From Laetmonice hystrix (Eukaryota), in NCBI GenBank assembly GCA_965235115.1, contig OZ249436.1, forward strand, positions 8,124,001 to 8,188,000: DNA of 64,000 bases, given 5' to 3'. Shown here piece by piece: positions 14,241 to 26,684 of this stretch. Made by a program: the position numbers and the translations under genes. Each line of letters starts with the position of its first letter. Position 1 is the first letter of the stretch. A model generated the notes under the pieces. It was not told the DNA's origin. It saw only the letters and a program-made list of their open reading frames with translations, and did no database searches.

Positions 14241-15628
14241 CCTAGGAAGTCGAATGCAACTCATTTCTGCAACTAACATGTTGATTCTTGGTAGCATTGC
14301 AGAAGATGAACATAATGGTCGGTTCCAAACCTTATTATCATATTGACATTTGTCCTCAAAAAAGAGGACTGCGAATAACCAATTTTGTGCATCAATGTCA
14401 ATGTCAAGATTGTGCAGTCAAGTCGTGTTGGAAACGAATGAAAACATCAAACTAGAAATTGAACTTGCAGCACGGGTTGGCAGGCCACTGAAACATAAGA
14501 ACACATACACGTGCACAAGCAGTGCTCAGTGATATTTTGAAACATTTTTAATTGAAAGAAAAATATTGTGGACACCGTTAGTATTAGGTTGAGACAAATG
14601 AAAGTATCTATGTATTAGTATTAGGTTGAGACAAATGAAAGTATCTATGTGGTGTCTATATGTAATTGTTATCAAGATAAAAAAAAATCCATTCAAATCA
14701 AACTCAAAGTGAAATTATAAGATGGAATTCTCCTGGTAACTGCCTGCAGGCAATTAGCCAATATGTTTACTAAAGATAGTGATTGTAGTTGAGTGGGCAG
14801 AAAAAAAAACACAAACCCGAAAAAAAATGCCCGGGGCCCCCAAGGTTGTTAAAAGCATGGTGATTGGTTGTTCCGTTCGGTGCCAACGAGGTTGTATTGA
14901 TTGTGAGGAGGAGAGAGAGCGGCGTCCCGGCCTCCCTCCCTCCCTCTCGGTAAGATGTGCTGAGACTGCAGATTGGTGCAGCAGGAGGCAGTCAGCAGGG
15001 GCTGACAGCCGCACACCGCACGGAGCGTGCCATCCAGTACCCACTTAACGATCACCAGTGTCAGAGGCGCTGCCTTCATATGGACTTCACATTTTGACAG
15101 CTTCTTCCATCATTGTCGGCATTGGTCGCCTCCCCTATCCCCAGTCAGGCAGTCGGAAAGCCTCCGTTAATGATGCCTTGGACACTCTTCCTGACATGTA
15201 CACAACATAGAATGATGGACTTAAAGTGCTCCCCAAGCAACCAACACGTCCATATCTGATAGTGTTAACTTGTCATCTGTTGTGGAGCTGAAGAACATGT
15301 TACTAGAATAACAGTTCCAGGGTACCTAACTTCTCGGACCCTGATCTCGATTTTCAGTTAATTTTTTTGACGAATGTTTTAGGCCAAAATTGAAAGATCT
15401 ATACAATGTACCATTCGTTTATGTGTTATAATTAAAATGAAAAACCTGTAATGTTTTCCCAAAAGATGTGTCTTGAAGTCATTAAAGTATGTGGTGAAGT
15501 ACACATTGACTGTATGTGAAGACAAATAGGTTTTGCTTATGAAATATATTGCTAACAAATGTTTGCTTGGAAGTGGTGAGGGACTGATGTATTGTAATTA
15601 ATCTCTCTGTTATTTTCCTGTTTTACAG

Positions 15629-15863
15629 ATCACACGCATGGAGTACGTTCATTCGAAGCACTTAATATACAGAGACGTGAAACCAGAGAACTTCCTTATA
15701 GGACGACAGTCAAACAAGAAACAGCACCAAATTCACATCATTGATTTTGGCCTAGCCAAAGAATACATAGACCCAGAGACTCATAAACATATACCATACA
15801 GGGAACATAAGAGCTTAACGGGCACAGCCAGATACATGAGCATTAACACACATCTTGGTAAAG
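15629..15863 (+). CDS. CSNK1G: CK1-gamma exon ([23 protein letters not shown]...DFGLAK...[17 protein letters not shown])
   Basis: ttttacag/gtaagt; catalytic [11 protein letters not shown] and CK1 SIN motif. Confidence 0.98.
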
Positions 15864-17086
15864 GTAAGTCGTCTTACGTTTGTCCACATATAATGGAATG
15901 GTACATTTTCATAGCTCACTCTATTTTTCGGCTGCAGGCTATGATGTACATCTCCAGTGAGGTCATGTTCTGACCTGATGAGCCTGATAACCTACATCAC
16001 CACATCTGTGCCTTCAGTAGCTATCAGATTCAACTGAGAGAGCTATAGAACACAACATTGTGACGTTTTATCTTTGAAAACAGGATGATGTTTTACCAAG
16101 GTATATAACTCGTCCAAATATTCAAGCTGACAGGCCATAAATGTGGGAAAATTCAGGACTCAATAATGGTTGCACATCTCAATTCAAAATTGTTCACAAA
16201 CGAAGTAGGGGCTGCTCCACTCGGTTTATTTGAATCCAGGAAATTGTCTCTTGGATCTTATGTACCCCATGTACTTATTTTGGAGTACAATACAGTGCTA
16301 TTGTCTAGAAATATACTTTAGAGAATTGGCCATTTATTGAGATTAATTAAATCTGTAGACCTCAAAGGCTACAAAAAAAACACCCGCCTGAGTCGGTGAG
16401 TGTGGCAGAGGTTCTGAAGCTGAGAATGGAACACAGTATAATGAGGCATTGAATTTGAGGGTTTGAACCAAAAGCATTCCATGACTACCTTTACACATAG
16501 ATTAAATGAATTGATTTTTTTTTTATACATCCTGGAAAACAAGCTTCAAATTTAGCAGAATAACTAAAGTTCTTTCTATGATCTCCACAGGGTCATAGTT
16601 CAGTTGGTGGTGCTGGTAGCTTTATCAGTGGCCATTGAGAGACCAATGCAATATTACAGCACGTTATTGCATGAAAGAGTGCCTCCTCAGCTGTCATTTA
16701 ATTTATTTCCGCCGTCAGACATGAGTCAATGGTGTCTAGGTAACGTGATGGTCTCATAATACTGGCCTGGAAACTTCAGACTGACGCTGAAAGTGGTGCG
16801 TCATTAGAGGCAAGGGACGACATTACAGTGATTGGGGATCTAAGGGATTCTGGGTTTACAGTTGACATGATTATTAGCTATTACTTTGACTTCGATATTG
16901 AGGTAGATAATGGTTCTGAACCATCTGTAAACCATGGGAACTGGTCTGAACTTAACATGCTCTGCTTTGTGCCATAAGGCGATCGCTTCATAGCGACAAT
17001 AGGCATTTTAACCAAATGGAGAGTTTTAGAAAGCCAACATATCTCAGCAATTGATGCTAATGTACCTTTTGTATGTATGACGTCAT

Positions 17087-17237
17087 CAGTGATGGCTGAT
17101 TCATACTGCCCGACGCCCGGGGCAAGTTGATAGAATGATCGGACTAGTCTAACAGACCAAATTCACCAATACGGTAGCCCAGTATAGAGCGCAGACATAG
17201 TCGGGCTTGTGAAATTTGGTCAAATCGGCCATCCCTG
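17087..17237. mobile_element. MITE with 5-bp TSD GTCAT
   Basis: cagtgatggctgattt/aaatcggccatccctg; gtcat on both flanks. Confidence 0.75.
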
Positions 17238-17740
17238 GTCATCATCACTCTGGGTGCTTCAGCATACCTGTAATTAATGAAATCAGAGCCTGTTGGTAGG
17301 TACATCATTCACCTAGTGTCTTTTTGATCACAGACGTAATCTCCAAGTGATTGTCTTTGACGGGTTCCCTAGTCCTTGGGTTGGGGCGCGGTGGAATGAG
17401 AGCGTGCTTTCCATGCGTCTGAACACCGATAACGATAATTAACCTGTTTGTGATGTTGTCCTGTGTATAGTTGGCCATAGAAAAATGTCTAAATTAATCT
17501 CAACGTCAGTTACTGGAACCTCATTTCAGTCAGTGCGACGTAACTGAACTACACATGCAAGAACGATAGGTTTAACATTAGCGACCCACAGATGCACACT
17601 AACTTGCTAAAAACGCCCTAATGTCTACTCAGATTTGAAACTACAATTACATGTAGTTGGGTTCTTGGAATTTTATTATATTTCCTCAGCCTGATTGGTG
17701 ATCAACCTCAGCTGGAAGTGATGCCCCCCTTTATGGTCTT

Positions 17741-17923
17741 ATGATAGAAATAGATCGTCATAAAAATATAGCTAAAGAAAACAGAATATGCCTATTATGC
17801 AATAGAAAGGAATTACAAGTTATAGAAGACGAACACTATTTTTTAGTCGAATGTGAAGCATTTTTTCAATTAAGAAATGTGTATCTCATGGATGATTACT
17901 TGAATAGAAATGGTTTTGTATGA
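17741..17923 (+). mobile_element. Non-LTR retrotransposon ORF2 C-terminal remnant
   Basis: IExxR...RICxxC...IEDEHYFLxxC..R is the zinc-knuckle-like tail of LINE RT ORFs. Confidence 0.7.
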
Positions 17924-19946
17924 CTATTTAAATGCACCGATGGTGAAACCTTATTTAACCTAGCTGTATACATGTGTTTAAAGCATTGGCTTTTAAGGAA
18001 GACCTCATTGTTGTGCTCCTCCAAATGCATATTGCATATGATGTATAGCAACTTGTACTTTGGTCCAGTGGCCTTAAGTATGAAATAAACAACATCACAT
18101 AACATGCCCCCTTCAGAAAAGTATTACATTTTAGCAAAAATCATAAAATTTACAAACATGCATGTATCTAGGACTATACTTTACAAAATCCAACCATAGA
18201 ATTCTGGAGTTGATAGTCATATTCCATGTCCAAACATGGTCTGTTGTAAGGCCGGCTGACCGCCCCACACCACCACCAAATGTTACCATTTGGTTTGAAG
18301 GGAATGTCACCCACATCTCATCCCAACCCTCAGCCCACAATATCTATTTGTTGTTGGACTGGTTCCAGCTGGCTCTGAGTCGATCAGTGTTTCACGGGGT
18401 GTGTGGAACTGTTTCTCTTGTTATTCGGGTCCCAGTCATCAGAGCACCAGTTATTGCTGTCATTGGCAACCCAACACGACAAACAGGGGCTGGTGTCTGT
18501 ATTGAGGGGCCGGGGGTGGCCTTTACCGAACCTCAGGCTGCCGCCAGGGCCCAGTGTCCTTGGGTAGTGGACATGGAATGGTGCCTGGAATTGCCCTCAG
18601 AAACACTGCATAGATCTGCTATATTGTAAGACTATGCCTGTCATCAAGCAATGTATTCTGTACGCCAACCTTTGTCATTCTGTGGGCACTACACATTCTG
18701 TAACCCTATTCTAAGTACAGTTGGCACTTATTGAATCCTCTGGTGAACTCCAGAATTGATGTGTTGTGAAATTTACACCTCGGATCTAGACAATGTGTGC
18801 AGCGATCATTTGTAGATTGAAAGTTGTGTGAGAATAATTACTGATCTCCTGGAACTGAACACTGAAACGAGTTAAAGAAAGAGGTCGAGTTCTATAGTTT
18901 AATGTCTGCTTCAGTTGAAGCGTGTTTACTCCATGTTTATTCAACCATATTTTGGGACACAGTTAATTTCTTGGAAGCAGTAGGATTGGGAGTAACCTGC
19001 AGGGCGAAATTTAGGTCATTATCAGGCAGTCTTTTTTTATGTTCATCCTGTTAAAGATCTAATTCTAAAATTCTCCTGCCTCAGTCAGTTTGAGCCAGTA
19101 CTTACAAAACCACCCGTACATGTAAATGGATCAACAGAATCAGACACAATTTACCCCCTTTCTTTCGACACAAGGCAGATTTTTTTTTCTGGAGATCAAT
19201 GCTTCAGAGTGTGGGAGAGAACATCTGTCGTGCATTATGTGCTGGATGTAAGAATTTGAGTGTTAGATTGCTATTTAATTTAATTGTATGTTGCTCAAAA
19301 GTTTTAAGTGAATTATTTTGGGAATAGTCCAAGTTTAAAAGTACAAAATGTATATTAATGTTAGGAGACCAAAGACTTGAGATGTGCGACCCTTAGGGTC
19401 ATTTTTTTTTAAAGGCCATAATGAAATGTATGGAAAGTCTGTTGAAAATAGTTTTAAGACCTCTTTCTAAACTTTTAGCACAAGTCTATCATTTACATAA
19501 TATAGATCTGTAAACTGGAAGATTCATGTAGCATCCTTGCTTGTATCAGAGCTGAGGTGGTCTCAACACAACATTATATATTACCGTTTTACGGTCCTGA
19601 CATTGGGTTGCTTCCCAACTTTCGTCTTAACGTTCATGAGTAGGAATGAATAATATCCGTGAGTCATACTAGAGCTGAAATTATGTCGTATGAAATAGTT
19701 AGTTTCCCAGGACCAACATTGGCTGGGATGGAGTCAGAGCATGTACTGTAAGCGTGCATTCTAAGAAGTCATTGCAAAACAGTGAGGTATTACCGGTATG
19801 TCAAAAGGGGCCAAGCAAAGAAAGGTCTTTTCGTTTTATCAGGGGAGTACAGTCCCAACGTAACAAACAGGAACTGTGGTAAACAAATGGGAGTCAGGTC
19901 CCTCGGTGCACTGATTGAGAATTTTCTACCTTTTTTTGTTTTACAG

Positions 19947-20117
19947 AACAGAGTCGACGAGATGATTTAGAAGCCTTAGGTCACATGTTCATGTATTTTC
20001 TGCGAGGTAGTTTACCATGGCAAGGTCTGAAGGCAGACACATTGAAAGAACGATACCAGAAAATAGGAGACACAAAAAGGGCAACTCCAATAGAAGATCT
20101 CTGTGAGAACTTCCCAG
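19947..20117 (+). CDS. CSNK1G: CK1-gamma exon ([57 protein letters not shown])
   Basis: ttacag/gtaggt; EQSRRDD and LPWQGLKA motifs; phase 1-1. Confidence 0.97.
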
Positions 20118-20157
20118 GTAGGTCATTGATCCAAGAACTGTTGAAACAGGTGAACTA

Positions 20158-20882
20158 GCCAGGTATCTATGTCAATCTCCTGCTTTAATCTGACCAGTGT
20201 CTTTCAGCCACCAATATTTTACTGGCCAGGTATCTATGTCAATCTCCTGCTTAAATCTGACCAGTGTCTATCAGCCACCAATATTTTACTGGCCAGGTAT
20301 CTATGTCAATCTCCTGCTTAAATCTGACCAGTGTCTTACAGCCGCCAATATTTTACTGGCCAGGTATCTATGTCAATCTCCTGCTTAAATCTGACGAGTG
20401 TCTATCAGCCACCAATATTTTACTGGCCAGGTATCTATGTCAATCTCCTGCTTAAATCTGACCAGTGTCTTACAGCCGCCAATATTTTACTGGCCAGGTA
20501 TCTATGTCAATCTCCTGCTTAAATCTGACCAGTGTCTTACAGCCGCCAATATTTTACTGGCCAGGTATCTATGTCAATCTCCTGCTTAAATCTGACCAGT
20601 GTCTTTCAGCCACCAATATTTTACTGGCCAGGTATCTATGTCAATCTCCTGCTTAAATCTGACCAGTGTCTTTCAGCCACCAATATTTTACTGGCCAGGT
20701 ATCTATGTCAATCTCCTGCTTAAATCTGACCAGTGTCTTTCAGCCACCAATATTTTACTGGCCAGGTATCTATGTCAATCTCCTGCTTAAATCTGACCAG
20801 TGTCTTTCAGCCACCAATATTTTACTGGCCAGGTATCTATGTCAATCTCCAGCTTAAATCTCGTGTCTTTCAGCCCCCAATA
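20158..20882. repeat. 67-bp minisatellite, ~11 copies, in CK1-gamma intron
   Basis: Unit gccaggtatctatgtcaatctcctgcttaaatctgaccagtgtctttcagccaccaatattttactg. Confidence 0.95.
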
Positions 20883-21262
20883 GTGATCTGGAGATTTGTC
20901 TTGAAGTTAAAGACAGCATTTTGAAAGTATCTGGCAGCGTCTGTACTGTCCCATAGATGTGTCCTGCACAAAGGTGTAAATAAACTAGCAACTCTTTTTA
21001 GCAAATGATAGTTCATGAACATGAATTTTCATTTTTACCACCACCTTTTGGTATTGTTACTGGTAGATGGTGTTAGAAATGATAAACACTCAACTTTCTC
21101 CTAGCTTGTGAGTAATTATATCAAACAATCATTTCGTTATCTTATTGTTAGCTATTTCCCTGTCTGGCAGATGATGAAATTCCTGAGTCTGGTGCAACTA
21201 ACTCTGTGACTATGTAAATAAAAATATTGACAGCCCGTGATATTGTGATGTTTTCTTTGCAG

Positions 21263-21411
21263 ATGAACTAGCTACATATCTACGATATGTGCGGAGGTTA
21301 GACTTCTTCGAAACCCCCGACTACGACTACTTACGGAAACTCTTTACAGATCTCATGGTACAAAAGGGCTGGGAAATAGATTGGGAGTTTGACTGGACGG
21401 GGCGCCAGTTG
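21263..21411 (+). CDS. CSNK1G: CK1-gamma exon ([50 protein letters not shown])
   Basis: tttgcag/gtaagt; end of kinase domain (PDYDYLR...FDW). Confidence 0.96.
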
Positions 21412-22456
21412 GTAAGTTGCTGCTTGTGAAGATGATACCAATATCCCAGTCAAAACGGTTCAGTTCGTAGTTTTTTTTCCTAGCAGTATATCATCGTAGT
21501 TTTACTTAACGTTGTGGTCAAACCTTAAGTTTTTGGTCTGTAAAAGTAATAATTTGGCCTGATCTTGAGCTGATGTACGGTGTCTTTGATAGAACTTTTT
21601 TGTATACAGGTCCAGTCAGTAGGACCGTCTTTAATGGTATAGATGGGTCCTTCGATGGATACCACTATGGAGAGTTTGTAGTTTCCTTGACTACAATTAA
21701 CTTTTTTGGCTGTCAGTTTAGGAAGTTTCTGAGGATGCAAAGTACAAAATATCTGTAAACGATTTAACATTTTAAACATTAGGACTACCACAAAGTTTAT
21801 TGTAATACATGAAGTCCAGTAACACAAACCAGCAGCATATTAAATTTGTTTTTCTACACTTTCAAATTGTCTAGCTCTAAAGTACTTTATTTGGATCACC
21901 TTCATCAGCAAAAGAAAGCCTTTTGGTGATACACCAGAAACATTTTTTTCCCGCAGTCCCAATCTGCAGTACGTAGAAATATAACATGTTGAGTTGTCAA
22001 TGTCGCAATATTATTTGACTAATATCAATTATGCTAACATTTAAGTGGTAGAAAGCATTTGGGCAAATGTTGAGTTGTGACATTGTGGTATCGATTGAAA
22101 CTGACTGGGCCTGATTTACTGGCATTGGTTTGGCTGATAGAGGAGATGGGTTGGCCGGTATGGAGTGATGCTGGGAATCCATTGGCTGCAGAACTCGACC
22201 ACGTTGCCCAAATCCATGCTAGCATCAGGGAGGGAAGTTAGTAGTGGGGATAGGTGATGCATGTTGCCTCCTTCACAGGGATCTGTGCTCCCATAGCTGA
22301 CAAGCCTGCTGTCATTGTGTGTGTGCGTGTGTTCGATCAGCCTCCCGCAGCCCTCACCCCCACCGGTGCGTGCTTGGGTGCGTGCATGTGTGCGTGCATT
22401 GGGTGTGGGTGCGTGAGCGAGCCGTTATCACGAGGTGTGCATCCACTTTGTTGCAG

Positions 22457-22546
22457 TCGACCCCAGTTTCAATACATACAACAGACGGCGCCATGTCGCC
22501 CGCGCGGGACGACGACAGGAAACGACCCGCCAACCAACCCAACAAG
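22457..22546 (+). CDS. CSNK1G: CK1-gamma tail exon (STPVSIHTTDGAMSPARDDDRKRPANQPNK)
   Basis: ttgcag/gtgagg; 90 nt, phase 0-0; begins like the vertebrate PTPV tail segment. Confidence 0.8.
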
Positions 22547-23708
22547 GTGAGGTCACAGCCTCCATGGCCACACACAATCTACCACAACTCGCAAAACTTC
22601 TCAGAATCTAGTCTCGACGCACCACAGCTTTCGGCCCAGTGTGAAATTGATAATGCGAAATAAAAGGTGGATCGTGGTATTTCCGGACAAGAGGTGGAAG
22701 CAGATTTTTCTCTTTCTAGAAATCAGTCTACTCTGCATCATTAATTTCACTGATCAGCCATCCGAGTTTTGGTGAAATAGTGCCAATTTATTATAGTAAC
22801 ATACTGTAGGGGAGTACCACTGAAAACAGGTGAACAGGACAGTAGAAGCGGTTGAAAATACCCACTGATACCACCATGTTTGCCAGCAGAGAAAGGGATA
22901 CGAGCAATGTCAAAATCTAGAGAGGTCATGATGGTTTTTAGACAACCATAACTAAGGTGAAGCTAAATAGAAAAAAAAAAACGAAAGCTTTAACCATGCC
23001 GCTTGATCATAGGCTGCTATCAAAAGACATTATGATGTTGTCATTCTAACATCTTATTTCTATGCATATTGTGCCATCATCACTTCTTTCGGGACCTAGC
23101 TAAGAGTATTCTTATCAATCAACTATATACTCTTGAGAAAAATATTCGGACACAAACTCTTTTTCGTCTTTGCCCGTTTACTTTATCAAAAGTGGTTCTG
23201 TGGTATTCATGATTATTTCAATTTAGGATCTTCCAGTATAAGGCTTTTTCAGAAGGGAAACAAAGTTACGTAGACCGAATGCCTTATAAGATAATATCTT
23301 GGCCGAAATTACATAGGTTGAAAAGACAGCAGAGCTGCATAAAAGAAACGCCCCAAAATGTCCATTCAGTCCATCACCTATTTAGTTTCTAAACCAAGTA
23401 ATATACGGAGGGAGACCCGTCAGTAAGATGTTGTATGAGATGTTTTGCCCAGGACGATTGGCCATCTCTGCACTGGATCAATATGTAATAACAGCCCAAA
23501 TTACACTTCTTTGTTTTTGTGACCTTTTGTTTTTGTTCCGTCATTTCCTTACTGTCGTAAACAGCCTTCAGACTGGAACTTTATTGTCTTCATCATTTGT
23601 CTTAAGAATTTTTAGTTCAAACATGAGAGCAGAAATTTGAATGGCCAAGCTTTTTTCCCTCTTCATTTCTTCTCTTTGTCCTCACTGTCCTCTTGTTGTG
23701 CCTTACAG

Positions 23709-23726
23709 AGTTGTTGCTTTAGTGGG
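23709..23726 (+). CDS. CSNK1G: Candidate 18-nt microexon (SCCFSG)
   Basis: ~58-nt AG-free pyrimidine tract, tgc motif ~10 nt upstream, cag acceptor, gtatgt donor, frame-preserving phase 0-0. Confidence 0.6.
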
Positions 23727-24236
23727 GTATGTATGAGTTTGGTGCACCACTAGTTGGAAGGACAGAGGAAAAAGGTAGCATGTAGTAATTAATGCAACTT
23801 ACCAGTCAGTGGTGCTGGAGATCGTTTTGATGACAAAGTGTGTCAATTCCTCAATTAATCTTGACCTGTAGTCATTTGGAGGCTAGAACTCTGTATTGGT
23901 CTGGTTTGTGTATGCATTTAGGTAGAAACAGGACTTCAAACACGCGTTTCTATTTACTTACTGGTACGTACAGTCAGGTGATTGATACTGAGTCAGCCAA
24001 AAGCATAATGAATGGCCAAGAGTTGTTCCCGTTAGGAAACGTAACACGTAAAAAAACAAAAAAAAGATTCAGCATGAATCTTGCATCCATCCAACAAACA
24101 CACATAAAAGTATGAAACCACACAGACATATAAACAAGACAAGTTCACATGAGACCTCCACAAAGTCTGACCATTTGAAGTGACCCTCTGGACTTCAACC
24201 TTGACAGGTATTTTAGTGTTAACTGTGTCTTGCTAG

Positions 24237-24278
24237 ATTGCTCTTTTGGAGAGGAGACGCCAGTTGGCCCCGATGAAG
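24237..24278 (+). CDS. CSNK1G: Candidate 42-nt cassette exon (IALLERRRQLAPMK)
   Basis: tcttgctag acceptor, AAG|gtagaa donor, phase 0-0, no stop; no homology recognised. Confidence 0.35.
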
Positions 24279-25299
24279 GTAGAACTTTGGCCGCCGTGTG
24301 AAAGTTGCTTCGTGTGCTGTTCTCCCCTTGCCCTAACCCTACATCCTCCTCCCTACCATCTACCCACTGCTCAGATTCCCCCCCGAAACTTTGGTCTGCT
24401 GCTTCTTACATCATCAACTAACTCTGGCTTGTTCATCATGGATTATGAGTTTGGTTTACATACATCAGTCATCTTCATACTGTTGTTAGTTATCTCTCTT
24501 TTTTTTCCTTCTTTTTTTACGACCACAGCGTGTATCTGTCAGTGGTCGAAATCTTTTGTACTATTGTCAATTAAAAAATTACACCTGAATTTACCTAATA
24601 TGGGGAAATACGGTTATAACAAGTGATGGTTGAAAATTATGTTACGTATATATGTGAGAAGTTGGATGCAAACATTGACATTATGACTTGCAAGGATGTG
24701 CCAGTACTAGCACTAACCTCTTACTCTGCTATCTCCATATAACATTTTGACTGAGGTGGAGTTTGCTGTGCATCAAAACATAAAAACACCAGACTTGACT
24801 GAGATGCTCAACATTTTCTGTTGGTAATTTGAAGTGAATGTTAAATAGAATAAGAAGGCTTGGCACTGAGGCTTCTGCCTCAAACAGAAGCTACATCTAT
24901 ATAAGGAGATACGGATTAAGACATTGCACTGATAATGAGCATGTAAATATTATATAATACATGTAGTCTATGTAGATCTATGTAAAGATGACTCAAAACG
25001 AGAGGCCTTTAATGATAGTACTGATGATAACGATGAAAATGTGGCAGGAATCTGAACAATGTTGGCATGTATACTAGCCGCACTTCTTGTCTGGTGGTTG
25101 GTTCCTTCCAAAATGCCTCCACCGTTTATAGACCACTGGCCGGCTATGCCGCCTTGTTAACCCATGATTGAATGTTGCCTTTCAGGGTTGCCCACTCTGT
25201 TTGTTATTTCCGATCCTGCCTGCCCGACCATGGCGGCCGGGACACACTGTACGAGCATCCACTGACCGCATCCTACTTTGATTCTCGGTTTTCTTGCAG

Positions 25300-25407
25300 C
25301 AGTCCGCAAATCAGCGGGGCACTGCATGGGGAGAGCCACCGAGGCAATCTAACAATTTGCTGGGAGCTAACCTAACGTCTGCCGATAGGCACGGGGGCTC
25401 CGTGCAG
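25300..25407 (+). CDS. CSNK1G: CK1-gamma tail exon (QSANQRGTAWGEPPRQSNNLLGANLTSADRHGGSVQ), NAGNAG acceptor
   Basis: ttcttgcag(cag)/gtatgg; ADRHGGSVQ matches the vertebrate CSNK1G1/3 tail. Confidence 0.92.
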
Positions 25408-26084
25408 GTATGGTGCCTTTGTCAAACAACCACGTTATGGGCAGTTTGAACCCATCAGCTAGCTGCTTTAAAAAAAATGCCAACCCCCCCCCCTCCTGAT
25501 CCTCGTCCTCCGACCCACCCGCCAACACCCAGTGATCCAGCCCACCCATAGCTTGTGGAATGCATGCACTCCCAGCCAGGGTCCCATTTCTTGGTGTTTT
25601 GTTTCGATTCCTGTTATTCAACAACTTGAGCCTGCCGACTTGGGCTGTTTTGCATGTGAAGCCATGGGCTTGGATGGTGTGGTGACATTGGTCGTCACGT
25701 GACGTTACCCATCCTCAGGTTTAACGTCGGTTAAGTGTGTTAGGTCCGTGAACATAGATTTACCGTACTCAGATATATACCAGCGCTTCAGTCTGGCACT
25801 GAGACAGGTTTTTGTGTGGAGACAAGACCCGCATGTAATTTGTAACGACAAGATATTTTTATACGGAAACCTTTCCCAGAGTCAGGATTGATAATTTGTG
25901 TTTTAGGCCTGTTCAGATTTGTTTCGGTAATAGGAATGGCTTTCGTAGTCGTCGTGTTCTTATGACGAGTGGCCGTTTAAATGAAGAGTGGCCATAAGCT
26001 CATCAGTCCGTGGTGCATTAAGAATGTGCTACACTTAAAGGTGAAAAAAAAACGAGCAGCATTAGAAATGTCAGTCCTGATTCT

Positions 26085-26684
26085 GCTGGCGACTGTCAGA
26101 CCGAGTTGTTAGTGTTAGGGATTGTTTTGTTGTGACGTCTGGAGGTTTGTCCAGTGTATGATGGCGACTGTCAGACCGAGTTGTTACTGTTAGGGATTGT
26201 TTTGTTGTGACGTCTGGCGGTTTGTCCAGTGTACGATGACGACTGTCAGACCGAGTTGTTACTGTTAGGGATTGTTTTGTTGTGACGTCTGGCGGTTTGT
26301 CCAGTGTACGCTGGCGACTGTCCGACTGAGTTGTTAATGTTAGGGATTGTTTTGTTGTGACGTCTGGCGGTTTGTCCAGTGTACGATGTCGACTGTCAGA
26401 CTGAGTTGTTAGTGTTAGGGATTGTTTTGTTGTGACGTCTGGCGGTTTGTCCAGTGTATGATGACGACTGTCAGACCGAGTTGTTACTGTTAGGGATTGT
26501 TTTGTTGTGACGTCTGGCGGTTTGTCCAGTGTACGCTGGCGACTGTCCGACTGAGTTGTTAATGTTAGGGATTGTTTTGTTGTGACGTCTGGCGGTTTGT
26601 CCAGTGTACGCTGGCGACTGTCAGACCGAGTTGTTACTGTTAGGGATTGTTTTGTTGTGACGTCTGGCGGTTTGTCCAGTGTAC
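26085..26684. repeat. 75-bp minisatellite, 8 copies
   Basis: 25-aa periodicity in the minus-strand ORF 26071-26691. Confidence 0.95.

Noticed and set aside
20197..20924. Stack of 63-aa ORFs
   Set aside because: Artefact of the 67-bp repeat
25940..26010. Hammerhead ribozyme core (CTGATGA on minus; also plus-strand at 46870)
   Set aside because: No correctly placed GAAA or stems I-III
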